The notes under the pieces are model-generated. The model was given only the letters and a program-made list of their open reading frames with translations. It was not told where the DNA came from and made no database searches. Shown here one piece after another: positions 9,692 through 18,127 of a DNA stretch of 64,000 nt (position 1 is the first letter of the stretch; the number at the start of each line of letters is the position of its first letter). The stretch comes from Kordiimonas sp. (GTDB lineage Bacteria > Pseudomonadota > Alphaproteobacteria > Sphingomonadales > Kordiimonadaceae), in NCBI RefSeq assembly GCF_965216265.1, contig NZ_OZ244153.1:2785147-2849146 (forward strand), written 5' to 3'. Position numbers and translations under genes: made by a program.

Positions 9692-10756
9692 ATGCGTTCG
9701 ATTGCCGTAAGCCTTGTTGCGAGTTTATTTTTATCCCTTCCCCTTTTTGCGAGCCCAGAGGCATGGCAAGCCCTGCCGGCGCCTCTCAAGGCGGAGCTGG
9801 AAGGGGTTGCCATCTCACTTTACGAGCTTGGGCCGGACGGTGGTGAGGTTGCCCTCAGCCGAGGAAATCTGACAGAGACCACACCACTTCGCATAGCCAG
9901 CGTGACCAAAACATTTGTCGCCGCCACAGCGCTCAGGCTTGTTGAAGACGGCAAGCTTGATCTCATGAAGCCCATGACGACCTATGTGGATAAGGCCTTT
10001 ACCGATATCCTGCGTGAAGACGGTTATGACGTTGACGCGATCACGGTCAAACACCTGATGTCCCATACGGGTGGGCTAACCGACCATGCGCAGACCAAAA
10101 CCTTCTTTGATATCATTATCAAGGACCCAAGCCATGTCTGGACCCGTGAGCAGGCGCTAAGGGGCGCGGTCGACTGGTCTGAGCCCAAAGGCGCACCGGG
10201 GGAGAAATTCTCATATTCTGACACTGGTTATATCCTGCTCGGGCATATCATTGAGAAACTGACGGGCAAACCGCTTGCTGCCGCAGTGCGCTTGCAGCTT
10301 GGTCTTGACCAGATTGGCATGCCAGACACCTACTGGGAGCTGGCGGAAGAAAACGAGGATGCCGCCAAACGCCGCGCACATCAGATGCTGGACGGCATGG
10401 ACACTTACGGCTGGAGCGCCACGCTTGATCATTATGGCGGCGGCGGGCTGGTGTCTTCCACGCGGGATATGGCGCGGTTTTTCCAGGCTCTGTTCAGCGG
10501 AAAGGTTTTCAGGAAACCAGAAACCCTGAACCTTATGCTGTCGAACGAGGGTTTGCCCGCTGATAGCCCTTACCGCCTCGGTATTTTCGTCAAGGAAGAG
10601 AAGGGCGTGACCTATTATGAGCATTCCGGCTTCTGGGGCACTGTTGTGCTTTATGTGCCGTCAAGTGGCCGCACACTATCGGGCGCGGTGCTTGATCAGG
10701 CTCACTTCAAGATGATGCGCCAGGGCTTGATGGAGGTGGTAGCCTCAGGGCAGTAG
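9692..10756 (+). CDS. Serine hydrolase, beta-lactamase class C / D-alanyl carboxypeptidase family
   Basis: SVTK (SxxK), LMSHTGGL, FSYSDTGY, EHSGF; signal peptide. Confidence 0.9.
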   Translation: MRSIAVSLVASLFLSLPLFASPEAWQALPAPLKAELEGVAISLYELGPDGGEVALSRGNLTETTPLRIASVTKTFVAATALRLVEDGKLDLMKPMTTYVDKAFTDILREDGYDVDAITVKHLMSHTGGLTDHAQTKTFFDIIIKDPSHVWTREQALRGAVDWSEPKGAPGEKFSYSDTGYILLGHIIEKLTGKPLAAAVRLQLGLDQIGMPDTYWELAEENEDAAKRRAHQMLDGMDTYGWSATLDHYGGGGLVSSTRDMARFFQALFSGKVFRKPETLNLMLSNEGLPADSPYRLGIFVKEEKGVTYYEHSGFWGTVVLYVPSSGRTLSGAVLDQAHFKMMRQGLMEVVASGQ

Positions 10757-10761
10757 TTGGG

Positions 10762-10789
10762 AAAGGCCGGGTTATTCTCCGGCCTTTTT
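10762..10789. terminator. Bidirectional terminator between convergent genes
   Basis: AAAGGCCGG-GTTATTCT-CCGGCCTTTTT. Confidence 0.7.
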
Positions 10790-11512
10790 GATATCATCGA
10801 AGCGCGGTTTAACCAGCAGCAGAAACAGGCTGGCGGCGAGCCCGGCGGCGGCGAACATCATGCACATCACCATAATCTGGTATCGCGCGGCGATCATGGG
10901 TGAAACGCCTGAGAGGATCTGCCCTGTCATCATGCCGGGCAGGGACACGAGCCCCACAGCAAACAGCGAATTGGTGAGCGGGATAAGCGCAGCCTTGAGT
11001 GCGATGCTGCGCGCTCTGGCGTATGGTTCCCCGCGCATGGCTTCCGCTTCAAACCGCTCAGCCGCCAAACTGATGCTGTTCATGGATGCTGCGAATATCA
11101 TACCCGCGAGCGGGATGATATAACGCGGCGCATACCACGGGCTGAGACTAAGCACACCCTGGGTTATAAGCAAAAGCACACTGCCACCCCCAACCAGAAC
11201 AGCCGCAAGCGCAAGCGGGTATAATGTGCGCCGGGGCAGGCGGGTGGTCCTGAGCGCAATCCAGCTTGCCACCAGCATCATCACTGCCAGCACGGCAATA
11301 ATCACAGCCGCATGTTTCGCCTCAAAAATATAAACCAGCACATAGCCGATCAGCGTGAGCTGCAGCAGCATGCGAGCGAAGCCGTACAGCGTTTCGCGGG
11401 CGTCACGCGACCACAGGTGCAGAATGACAATCACGACCAGTACCGGAAGTGCTGCGAGCGCGAGGTCTAGCGGCGCGATCTGGTGAACGGTGGTGTTCTC
11501 GGTCGTGTTCAT
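10772..11512 (-). CDS. fetB: UPF0014 family ABC permease (FetB/YbbM/STAR2-like)
   Basis: RMLLQLTLIGYVL; RYIIPLAGMI..SMN; GLVSLPGMMTGQILSGVSP..AARYQI. Confidence 0.8.
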   Translation of the reverse strand: MNTTENTTVHQIAPLDLALAALPVLVVIVILHLWSRDARETLYGFARMLLQLTLIGYVLVYIFEAKHAAVIIAVLAVMMLVASWIALRTTRLPRRTLYPLALAAVLVGGGSVLLLITQGVLSLSPWYAPRYIIPLAGMIFAASMNSISLAAERFEAEAMRGEPYARARSIALKAALIPLTNSLFAVGLVSLPGMMTGQILSGVSPMIAARYQIMVMCMMFAAAGLAASLFLLLVKPRFDDIKKAGE

Positions 11513-12108
11513 GCCGCTTTTCGCTTTTTACCGCGCCGGTGCGCAATAATGCGGAGGCTGAGCGCTATGAGGCACAGGATAGGTATCCACAGCCGCGCGG
11601 GCTCTGGCCCGTCTTTCACCAATCGGCCAAGGCTGGTGGCAAGGAAAATGAGCCAGATATAATAGCTGCCCACCTTATGCAGGCGTTTCCAGCGTTTTGC
11701 GCCCAGTTTGCGCACAGATGCATTGTTGGAGGTAAGCGCCATAAGGCTAAGAAACAGATATGCGAGGCCGCCCACCATCAGCTCAGGTATGCCGCGACTT
11801 TCTGGTGTTAGCGCAAGGTTTGATAGAACCAGCACCCCATGTACACCGTGCACCAGTGCGAAGGAAAGCCCGATATAGCGGCGGTTGCGCATGAGGAACT
11901 TTGGCCCCGGGCCCGGCGCAAGCCGCGCGAGCGACGATGCGGTAAAGGCAAAAAAGAACAGCACAAAAGCCATATCTGCTGTGGGGGACATAACAAACGG
12001 CAATGCGCCAACATAGCTGCCTGCCGCTGTGATCTGGCTGTAAACAAAACCAAAAAGTATGAGCGCAACCGGTATAAACAGCCGCTTGCCTTCCAGAAGT
12101 CTCGTCAT
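11509..12108 (-). CDS. Ferric reductase-like transmembrane (MsrQ-like heme b) protein
   Basis: Start set to the ATG at 12108 (GGGAGGGG RBS). Motifs RNRRYIGL..ALVHGVH, ALTSN, RWKRLHK. Stop overlaps the fetB-like start (ATGA/CATG junction). Confidence 0.8.
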   Translation of the reverse strand: MTRLLEGKRLFIPVALILFGFVYSQITAAGSYVGALPFVMSPTADMAFVLFFFAFTASSLARLAPGPGPKFLMRNRRYIGLSFALVHGVHGVLVLSNLALTPESRGIPELMVGGLAYLFLSLMALTSNNASVRKLGAKRWKRLHKVGSYYIWLIFLATSLGRLVKDGPEPARLWIPILCLIALSLRIIAHRRGKKRKAA

Positions 12109-12213
12109 TATGCCCCTCCCAAGGATCACTCGTCGCGAGCGTTGCCTTCGCCGCCAAACGCTGAAATAGTTCCACACAATTGAGTATGGGCAAAATTCTT
12201 TGTGAGCAGAGCG

Positions 12214-13191
12214 ATGACGCTGGAGATAAAACCAATATCCGATGACGACCTGCAGGCCTATTTTGAGCTGATGAACGATGAAAGCATTGCGGTGATGGCT
12301 GGCACGGTGCCGCATCCGGTAACATTTGAGTGGGCGAAAGAACGTGTCCTTAAACGCCGGGTGCAGGAGGCGGAGGGCACACTCGCGCAGCGCGGCTTGT
12401 TTGAGGACGGCGTGCTGGTGGGGGACGTGAGCTATTTCTTCTCGGACGGTAAGGTTGAGATTGGCTACGCCATTGGCAAAGCCCATCGTGGTCGCGGTCT
12501 TGCCACGATCGCTGCCCGGTTCGCAGTAGACCTGGTGCGTGAGCATGGCATCACAGGCCCTATCCGTGCAGGCTACGCGCAGGATAACCCAGCCTCTGGC
12601 CGTGTGCTTGAGAAGGCCGGGTTTGTGCCCAACGGTGAAGGTGTGGGCAAGTCTATGGGCCGCGGCGGCGAAATGCCGCTCTATATGGCCATTTACCGAG
12701 ACGATGTGCGCCTGCGGCCACACCGCGCGGAAGATTTTGAAACGCTGGTCACTTTTGTGGATGACGAAGAAGCCTTCTGTCTGGCAGGCGGGGGCACACG
12801 TGATAAAACGGCTGCGGATATGCAGGCCCGCATCGAGGGCTACATCACCAAAGGCGCCTTTTTTCAGGTGATATTGTTCGAGGGCGCGGCCGCTGGTTAT
12901 GTGGCGGCGTTTGAACGCGAGGGCAAGCTTGAGGTCAGCTATTGGCTTGGCCGGGCTTTCTGGGGCAAGGGCATTGCCAGCCGTGCGCTCGCATTATGGG
13001 TTGAACGCTTGAAGGTGTCGCATCAAGCCACCTGCCCGCGCCACCTTTATGCGCGGGTGGCAAAAGACCACCCGGCATCGATCCGTGTGCTGGAGAAGAA
13101 CGGTTTTAAAGCCGTAAGCGAAGACAGCTATTTTTCCGACCACCGAAACGCGGACGTGGCGGAATGGCTGTACCGATTAACTACCGCTTAG
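12214..13191 (+). CDS. Tandem two-domain GNAT (RimJ/RimL-like) N-acetyltransferase
   Basis: Two repeats: EIGYAIGKAHRGRGLAT...NPASGRVLEKAGF and EVSYWLGRAFWGKGIAS...HPASIRVLEKNGF. Confidence 0.88.
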   Translation: MTLEIKPISDDDLQAYFELMNDESIAVMAGTVPHPVTFEWAKERVLKRRVQEAEGTLAQRGLFEDGVLVGDVSYFFSDGKVEIGYAIGKAHRGRGLATIAARFAVDLVREHGITGPIRAGYAQDNPASGRVLEKAGFVPNGEGVGKSMGRGGEMPLYMAIYRDDVRLRPHRAEDFETLVTFVDDEEAFCLAGGGTRDKTAADMQARIEGYITKGAFFQVILFEGAAAGYVAAFEREGKLEVSYWLGRAFWGKGIASRALALWVERLKVSHQATCPRHLYARVAKDHPASIRVLEKNGFKAVSEDSYFSDHRNADVAEWLYRLTTA

Positions 13192-13233
13192 ATAAATTCA
13201 TCTGATCGATTAATGTCAGCATATAATTCAATT

Positions 13234-13369
13234 GGCGCTATCAGTCCGGTGGTGCCATCTTCTCTTTATTGAGTGTTTCCTTAAAAGTTCCTCGCTGGCC
13301 CCTTATGGGGCCGTTCACCCGCTGCCGGTATGTGTCCTCCTAAGTCACACCGGTGGCGGGTTTTCTTTT
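13234..13369 (+). ncRNA. Candidate sRNA with a UCCUCC loop and intrinsic terminator
   Basis: TATAAT at 13222-27; hairpin 13297-13312; stem 13317-13361 with loop TCCTCCTAAGT; T-tract after it. Confidence 0.45.
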
Positions 13370-13485
13370 CCAAAAACATGAGGGAGGGCAGCACATTCTT
13401 TGTCCCATAAACGGGGGGTGCAAATTGTGCACCTTGCTGGAGCTTAGGGGCTAGGGCATCCGGCAAACCGCACGTGGGGAGAGAA

Positions 13486-13902
13486 ATGACAGGCGGCAAC
13501 ATACGCGCCCGCATCCATGAGATGCTGGCTATGCTGGAAGCTGGCGAGTTTTTAAAGACATTTGATCAGTTTTATCGGGACGATGCCCGTTTTTTTGAAA
13601 ATGAATATCTGTTCGCCGAAAGTCGGGAGGAGGCCCGCCAGCGGCAAGCTTCATTCCTGAATACCTGTAGCAGCTTTGTGGGGAAAATTGAGCTGGTGCA
13701 CGCCGATATTGGCCGCCGTATTGCGGTCTTTCACAACAAAAGCCGGTATGAGCATCCCGAGTATGGCGAGGGCTATATCAACGGGGTGCACGTCGCTTAT
13801 TGGCATGACGACCTTATCGTGCGGGAGGAGTATTTCTCCGGCAAGCGGGTGGATGAGGTATTGTCCTTCTGGCGGCTTGTGGGGCGTTCCTCAACGCAGT
13901 AG
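13486..13902 (+). CDS. SnoaL-like / NTF2-like protein
   Basis: MLEAGEFLKTFDQFYRDD..F.EN; VHVAYWHDDLIVREEYF; RBS GGGGAGAG. Confidence 0.75.
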   Translation: MTGGNIRARIHEMLAMLEAGEFLKTFDQFYRDDARFFENEYLFAESREEARQRQASFLNTCSSFVGKIELVHADIGRRIAVFHNKSRYEHPEYGEGYINGVHVAYWHDDLIVREEYFSGKRVDEVLSFWRLVGRSSTQ

Positions 13903-13932
13903 CAGGTTCTTTGTGGGTTTTAGACAAAGGTG

Positions 13933-14401
13933 TCAGTCGCCCGCTGGCACCTTCAGGCTGTTCCATATATCGTGCTGGATACGCCAGACACCGGCTATCT
14001 TGCGCCATGTGATAAGATAAGCGCCCCGGAATGCGCGTTCTTCACCGTCATCATTGGCTGAGGCGCCTTCGAAATAGCCGATATCTGTTGCCACATCGCC
14101 ATGGACAGTGAGCTCCTCTGACGTGATCTCATGCCTGACTGGATGCCATTTAGCCCCGTCACGTGGGGTCCAGTATTGGCGTATCTTTTCCTCGCCTTTA
14201 AGGATGGGGCGGTTAGTGGGCACTATGCTGGCATCCGGCGCATATATGGCCATCAGCGTGTCGGTCTCGCCCGAAACATATGCGCGGGAGAAGGCTGCAG
14301 CCTGCGCCTCTATGGCAGCCCGATCTTCACTGTCATCAGCCGCTTGAACACCTATTGGGCAGGCCATCCAAGATACTGAGCATGATGATGAGTGCGCGCA
14401 T
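13933..14401 (-). CDS. YybH/DUF4440 (NTF2-like) protein whose signal peptide is separated by a 1-nt frameshift near 14368
   Basis: AAFSRAYVSGETDTLMAIYAPDA; GDVATDIGYF; GAYLITWRK..G.WRIQHDIWN. The RBS-linked ATG at 14401 is 34 nt upstream of the ORF-track ATG at 14367. Confidence 0.75.
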
Positions 14402-14412
14402 GGTATTCCCTC

Positions 14413-15315
14413 CTACCCGTGATGGTGCATGACGTCTTTGATGACGTTGCCGAGCGTTTCAAACGTTGCAGCGCGGGGGTTGGTTTTGCGCCATATCAGC
14501 CCGATGGTGCGGGTGGGGATCATGTCTTTGAAGCTGACGATATCAACCCGCGCCTTGTCGGCGAGCCCCGCCTCTACCGCCATGCCCGGCAACAGGGTGA
14601 TACCGTGGCCTGCCGCAACCATTTGAATGATGGTGCCAAGGCTTGTGCCTGCCATCTCCCGCCGTGCGCCGCGGCCTACCAGCTGGCAGGCCTCTAGCGC
14701 GTGGTCCCTCAGGCAATGTCCTTCCTCAAGCAGCATCAGGCGGCTCTCGTCCAGGTCGGTGGTGTTGATGCGTTCACCCGGTGCTTGCCCGTGCGGGTAG
14801 GCCACCATGAAGGGGTCATGAAACAGCGGCATCTCCGCCACATCACCGCAGGCATAGGGAAGTGCAAACAGCACAAGGTCCAACTCGCCGGAGCGCACAA
14901 GCTCACAAAGCTCGGCTGACTTGTCTTCGCGCAAATGCAGTTCCAGGTCAGGCAGCCTTTCATGAATGGCAGGCATGATCCTGGGCAACAGGAACGGTGC
15001 AATAGTGGGGATAATGCCAAGGCGCACGATGCCCTTCAAAGGGTCCTTCGCGGCGGACGCCATGTCGGTCAGGTCATCAACGTCATTGAGGATAACCTGC
15101 GCACGGCGCACGACCTCTTCCCCGAGGGCGGTGAACATAACGCTCCGTTTGGTGCGTTCCACAAGCTGAGTGCCGAGAAGGCTTTCAAGTTCCTGCAGCC
15201 CGGCAGACAGGGTTGATTGTGTTACATGGCTGGCGTCTGCCGCTTTGCCAAAATGGTTAGTGCGGTGCAGCGCAACAAGGTAACGCAACTGTTTGAGGGT
15301 AGGTGGAAAGCTCAT
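14413..15315 (-). CDS. oxyR: Hydrogen-peroxide-inducible LysR regulator OxyR
   Basis: TLKQLRYLVALH...HFGKAA..SHVTQSTLS; LGIIPTIAPFLLP; LLEEGHCLRDHALEAC with both redox Cys; TSLGTIIQMVAAG.GITLLP. Confidence 0.93.
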   Translation of the reverse strand: MSFPPTLKQLRYLVALHRTNHFGKAADASHVTQSTLSAGLQELESLLGTQLVERTKRSVMFTALGEEVVRRAQVILNDVDDLTDMASAAKDPLKGIVRLGIIPTIAPFLLPRIMPAIHERLPDLELHLREDKSAELCELVRSGELDLVLFALPYACGDVAEMPLFHDPFMVAYPHGQAPGERINTTDLDESRLMLLEEGHCLRDHALEACQLVGRGARREMAGTSLGTIIQMVAAGHGITLLPGMAVEAGLADKARVDIVSFKDMIPTRTIGLIWRKTNPRAATFETLGNVIKDVMHHHG

Positions 15316-15368
15316 CGATAATCCCGATCACAGAATTCACTTCTATTTGTTGGATCGATGGTAATCAT
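15314..15368. promoter_or_regulatory. OxyR/LysR-type binding region
   Basis: AGAA-N7-CTAT-N7-ATCG-N7-TCAT at 15332-15368 (consensus ATAG-N7-CTAT-N7-ATAG-N7-CTAT), plus ATCG-N7-CGAT at 15314-28 over the oxyR start. Confidence 0.6.
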
Positions 15369-15385
15369 TCGGCGATAGTCATTCA

Positions 15386-15715
15386 ACAGGAATTCACCGG
15401 CAATGCTTCCTCCCCCAAGGCATTGCCCTGTGCTTCGGCCTGTAACGATCGTGCATTGGTCCCCCTTTGCGCGGTTCGCGGTGACCAAACCGGCAACCCG
15501 ATCCCCTTTGAGGTCATGTGCCTCATTGGAATGCCCAAGGGATATCTATCCGGGCTGGTCACCGCGATGCAAATTCAGAAGGGATTGTGGCGTTCGCAAA
15601 GCCTTCGACCAAAAATCAGCCCGCTGCCCGATTCTCGTCACAATTGGGCGGTCTGATACAAGCGGCCTCAAAGGTGCGAGATTTTCGCGCTCTTTCGGGC
15701 CGCTTTCTGTTTGTA
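15386..15715 (+). ncRNA. Candidate structured sRNA divergent from oxyR (OxyS-like position)
   Basis: Hairpin 15399-15427 with loop CCTCCCCCA; 12-bp perfect stem 15476-87/15556-67; terminal stem 15660-15705 followed by a T-rich tail; no credible protein ORF. The ends are estimates. Confidence 0.55.
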
Positions 15716-15813
15716 TTGTCCCATAGAGTTTACGCGTTCCGTACCGCTATATATGGCGTTCTCGGTGCAGGCTATCGGTAAATCTGGTGATGGGGCTGAG
15801 GTGAGCAGCAGGC

Positions 15814-15921
15814 AAAAAAATGGCCGGGTAAATACCCGGCCCGAGTCACGACAGCGAGGATAGTGCGGCGGCAGTCACGCACACCGCAATAGGAGTGAGC
15901 ACGAACGAGTCGTGCCCTCTC
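15814..15921 (-). ncRNA. Candidate sRNA (~105 nt) with its own promoter and terminator
   Basis: Minus strand: TTGACC (15958-53), two stem-loops, CU-rich linkers (CACTCCT, ATCCTCG), terminator GGCCGGGT-ATTT-ACCCGGCC and a T7 tract. Confidence 0.55.
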
Positions 15922-16154
15922 GCCTGACTAAGAAACCAAATAACGGCCTTCTGGTCAATGCTTGTCTGATCACATTCCGCCAAACACCTGAAAAACAGCC
16001 AAAAAATCCCGTTGCAGTGCAATAAAAAGCATGAATTTGGGGCGTCGGTTATAGAACCTTTTACTGTAAAAAACCGTCAGTGGTCACACACGTCGTAGGT
16101 GATTCGCGACGCTTTAATGACAAAAGGCTCAGTTTTTGCCGATGAAAGCGTCCG

Positions 16155-17135
16155 CTACTTGCCGATGAAGTCGTCCGCTACTTTACAAGCGGCTGGTCCG
16201 ATCAAGACAACAAAGAGCGTGGGCAAGATAAAGAGGATAAGCGGTACTGTCAGTGTGGCAGGAAGTCGCGCGGCTTTTTCTTCAGCTTTCATCAGCCGTT
16301 CGTTCCTGAATTCGGCGGACAAAACCCGGAGCGAAGAAGCAAGCGGTGTACCGTAGCGTTCGCTTTGAATAAGCGTCGTAACCACGCCCCTGAGCGCGGG
16401 CAGGTCCACCCGGTCTGAGAGATTGATAAGCGCCTGGCGCCGCTCTGGCAGGAAACCAAGCTCGATGGCGGCAAGCGAGAACTCGTCTGCCAGCTCGGGC
16501 GACGCCCGGCCCAGTTCCTTTGCGACCCTACCCAATGCACTATCAAGCGTCAGGCCTGCTTCAGCGCACACAACCAGAAGGTCAAGCGCGTCAGGTAGCG
16601 ATTTACGGATCAGGTCTGTGCGTTTTTGTTTCACATTGGTGATGTAAATATCTGGCAGCTTCAGGCCGAGGAAGACCGCAACAACCGAATAGACAGGATA
16701 CATCTGCTCATGCGTGGGCATGTATCTGAACCCATAGAAGAGTATCACCGCGATCAGGCCCACCAGCAGCGGCAGGGTGAGCCGCGCGACCTGATAGATC
16801 ACCACGGCATCTGACGACCTGTACCCGGCCTGCAACAGGCTTGCGGATACTTTGGCGGTTTGTTCCTTCTGCAGGAGTTGCAGCTTGTCTGCCAGCGCCC
16901 GCATGCCGTTAACACCGTCCACCTTGCGCACGGGTGAGCGCCGCTTGGAGGTGGTCATCAGCCCGGCTTTGAGGGAATCACGCCGGTCCTGCAGCGATTT
17001 CACCCGGCCCTTCATGGGGTCACGCACCAGCGCGGTCTGGTAAACCGCCACCATCACAAGAAGGGCAACAGCACCCGCCGCGAAGGAGATAAGGTCGATG
17101 ATCGGTATGCCGATGATATTTTCAATCTCATTCAT
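16155..17135 (-). CDS. tadC: Tad pilus inner-membrane platform protein TadC (T2SS F family)
   Basis: LPDALDLLVVCAEAGLTLDSAL; LIQSERYGTPLA..LRVLSAEFR..R..KAEEKAARLP..LTVPLILF. Confidence 0.93.
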   Translation of the reverse strand: MNEIENIIGIPIIDLISFAAGAVALLVMVAVYQTALVRDPMKGRVKSLQDRRDSLKAGLMTTSKRRSPVRKVDGVNGMRALADKLQLLQKEQTAKVSASLLQAGYRSSDAVVIYQVARLTLPLLVGLIAVILFYGFRYMPTHEQMYPVYSVVAVFLGLKLPDIYITNVKQKRTDLIRKSLPDALDLLVVCAEAGLTLDSALGRVAKELGRASPELADEFSLAAIELGFLPERRQALINLSDRVDLPALRGVVTTLIQSERYGTPLASSLRVLSAEFRNERLMKAEEKAARLPATLTVPLILFILPTLFVVLIGPAACKVADDFIGK

Positions 17136-17137
17136 GG

Positions 17138-18127
17138 CTATACCTCAAACTTGATCATGCGGGACATGATGAAAATGCCCAGTGACATCCATATGAGCGC
17201 GCCAATACCCGCCATGATCGCCTTTGGGTTGGTAAAGAGGATGATGCCGTAATCATAGTTCATCGTCATGATGGCGCCGAGCATGATGAACGGCAGAAGG
17301 CCGACAATCCAGGCGCTTGCCTTGGCTTCGGACGACATGGCTTTCACCTTCAATTTCATGGCCTGCCGCTGGCGCAGGATGTTGGAGAGGTTGCCAAGGG
17401 TCTCGCCCAGGTTACCGCCGGTTTCCCGCTGCACCACGAGCGAGATCACAAAAAACTTGAAGTCTGCGGTGTCCAGCCGGTCTGCGGTTTCCCAAAGTGC
17501 TTCCTCAAGCTGTTTGCCGAGGCGCATGGCGTCTGTGATCTTGCGGAACTCAACGCCCGTGGGTTCCGGCAGTTCCGTTGCCACGTTGGCGATGCATTCG
17601 TTCACCGGCAGGCCTGATTTGAGGCCACGCACCATCAGGTCCATCGCTTCCGGGAACTGTTTGGTAAACTTGTCCTTGCGGGCGGCCATACGGTTTGAAA
17701 CCCACACATGCGGCAGGCCAATGCCTGCGATAACACCAATGGCCAGCGCGAGCATCACCCCGAAACCTGCAAGGAAAAGCGTGAGCGCCGAGAAGGCCGC
17801 GAGCCCGAGGCAAATGGTGGCGTAGCGCGACAGTTCCATCGCGAGGCCAGCCTGTCCAAGGCGGTTTTTGATCTGGTCACGTCGGGGCAGCAGGTCCGAG
17901 AGCATACCGGCAAGCCCGGTTTGTTCCTGATTGACCCGGATCGACCGGCTGCCTTCGCCCTTCAGGATAGTTTTCTGGTCAAAGCGGGCTTTGAAACGCT
18001 CAAGCTTGGCGCGGGTTTCCTTGCGGCCCTTGCTTAGGGTGTTTGAAAGAACGATCATCACGATCAGCAAAACAAACACGGCACCGCCGCCCGCGAGAAG
18101 GATGATGTCAAGGTTTGTATCACCCAT
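17138..18127 (-). CDS. tadB: Tad pilus platform protein TadB
   Basis: QFPEAMDLMVRGLKSGLPV; VQRETGGNLGETLGNLS..LRQR..MKLKVKAMSSEAKASA. Confidence 0.93.
   Translation of the reverse strand: MGDTNLDIILLAGGGAVFVLLIVMIVLSNTLSKGRKETRAKLERFKARFDQKTILKGEGSRSIRVNQEQTGLAGMLSDLLPRRDQIKNRLGQAGLAMELSRYATICLGLAAFSALTLFLAGFGVMLALAIGVIAGIGLPHVWVSNRMAARKDKFTKQFPEAMDLMVRGLKSGLPVNECIANVATELPEPTGVEFRKITDAMRLGKQLEEALWETADRLDTADFKFFVISLVVQRETGGNLGETLGNLSNILRQRQAMKLKVKAMSSEAKASAWIVGLLPFIMLGAIMTMNYDYGIILFTNPKAIMAGIGALIWMSLGIFIMSRMIKFEV

Noticed and set aside
12109-12723. N-terminal half of the 404-aa ORF 11509..12723
   Set aside because: It overlaps the GNAT gene on the other strand and has no domain signal; the real start is at 12108 with a strong RBS.
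15303-15781. Short ORFs (117, 107 and 87 aa) divergent from oxyR
   Set aside because: No RBS, atypical Cys/Arg/Pro-rich composition and no resemblance to AhpC, KatG or Dps; the RNA structure explains the sequence better.
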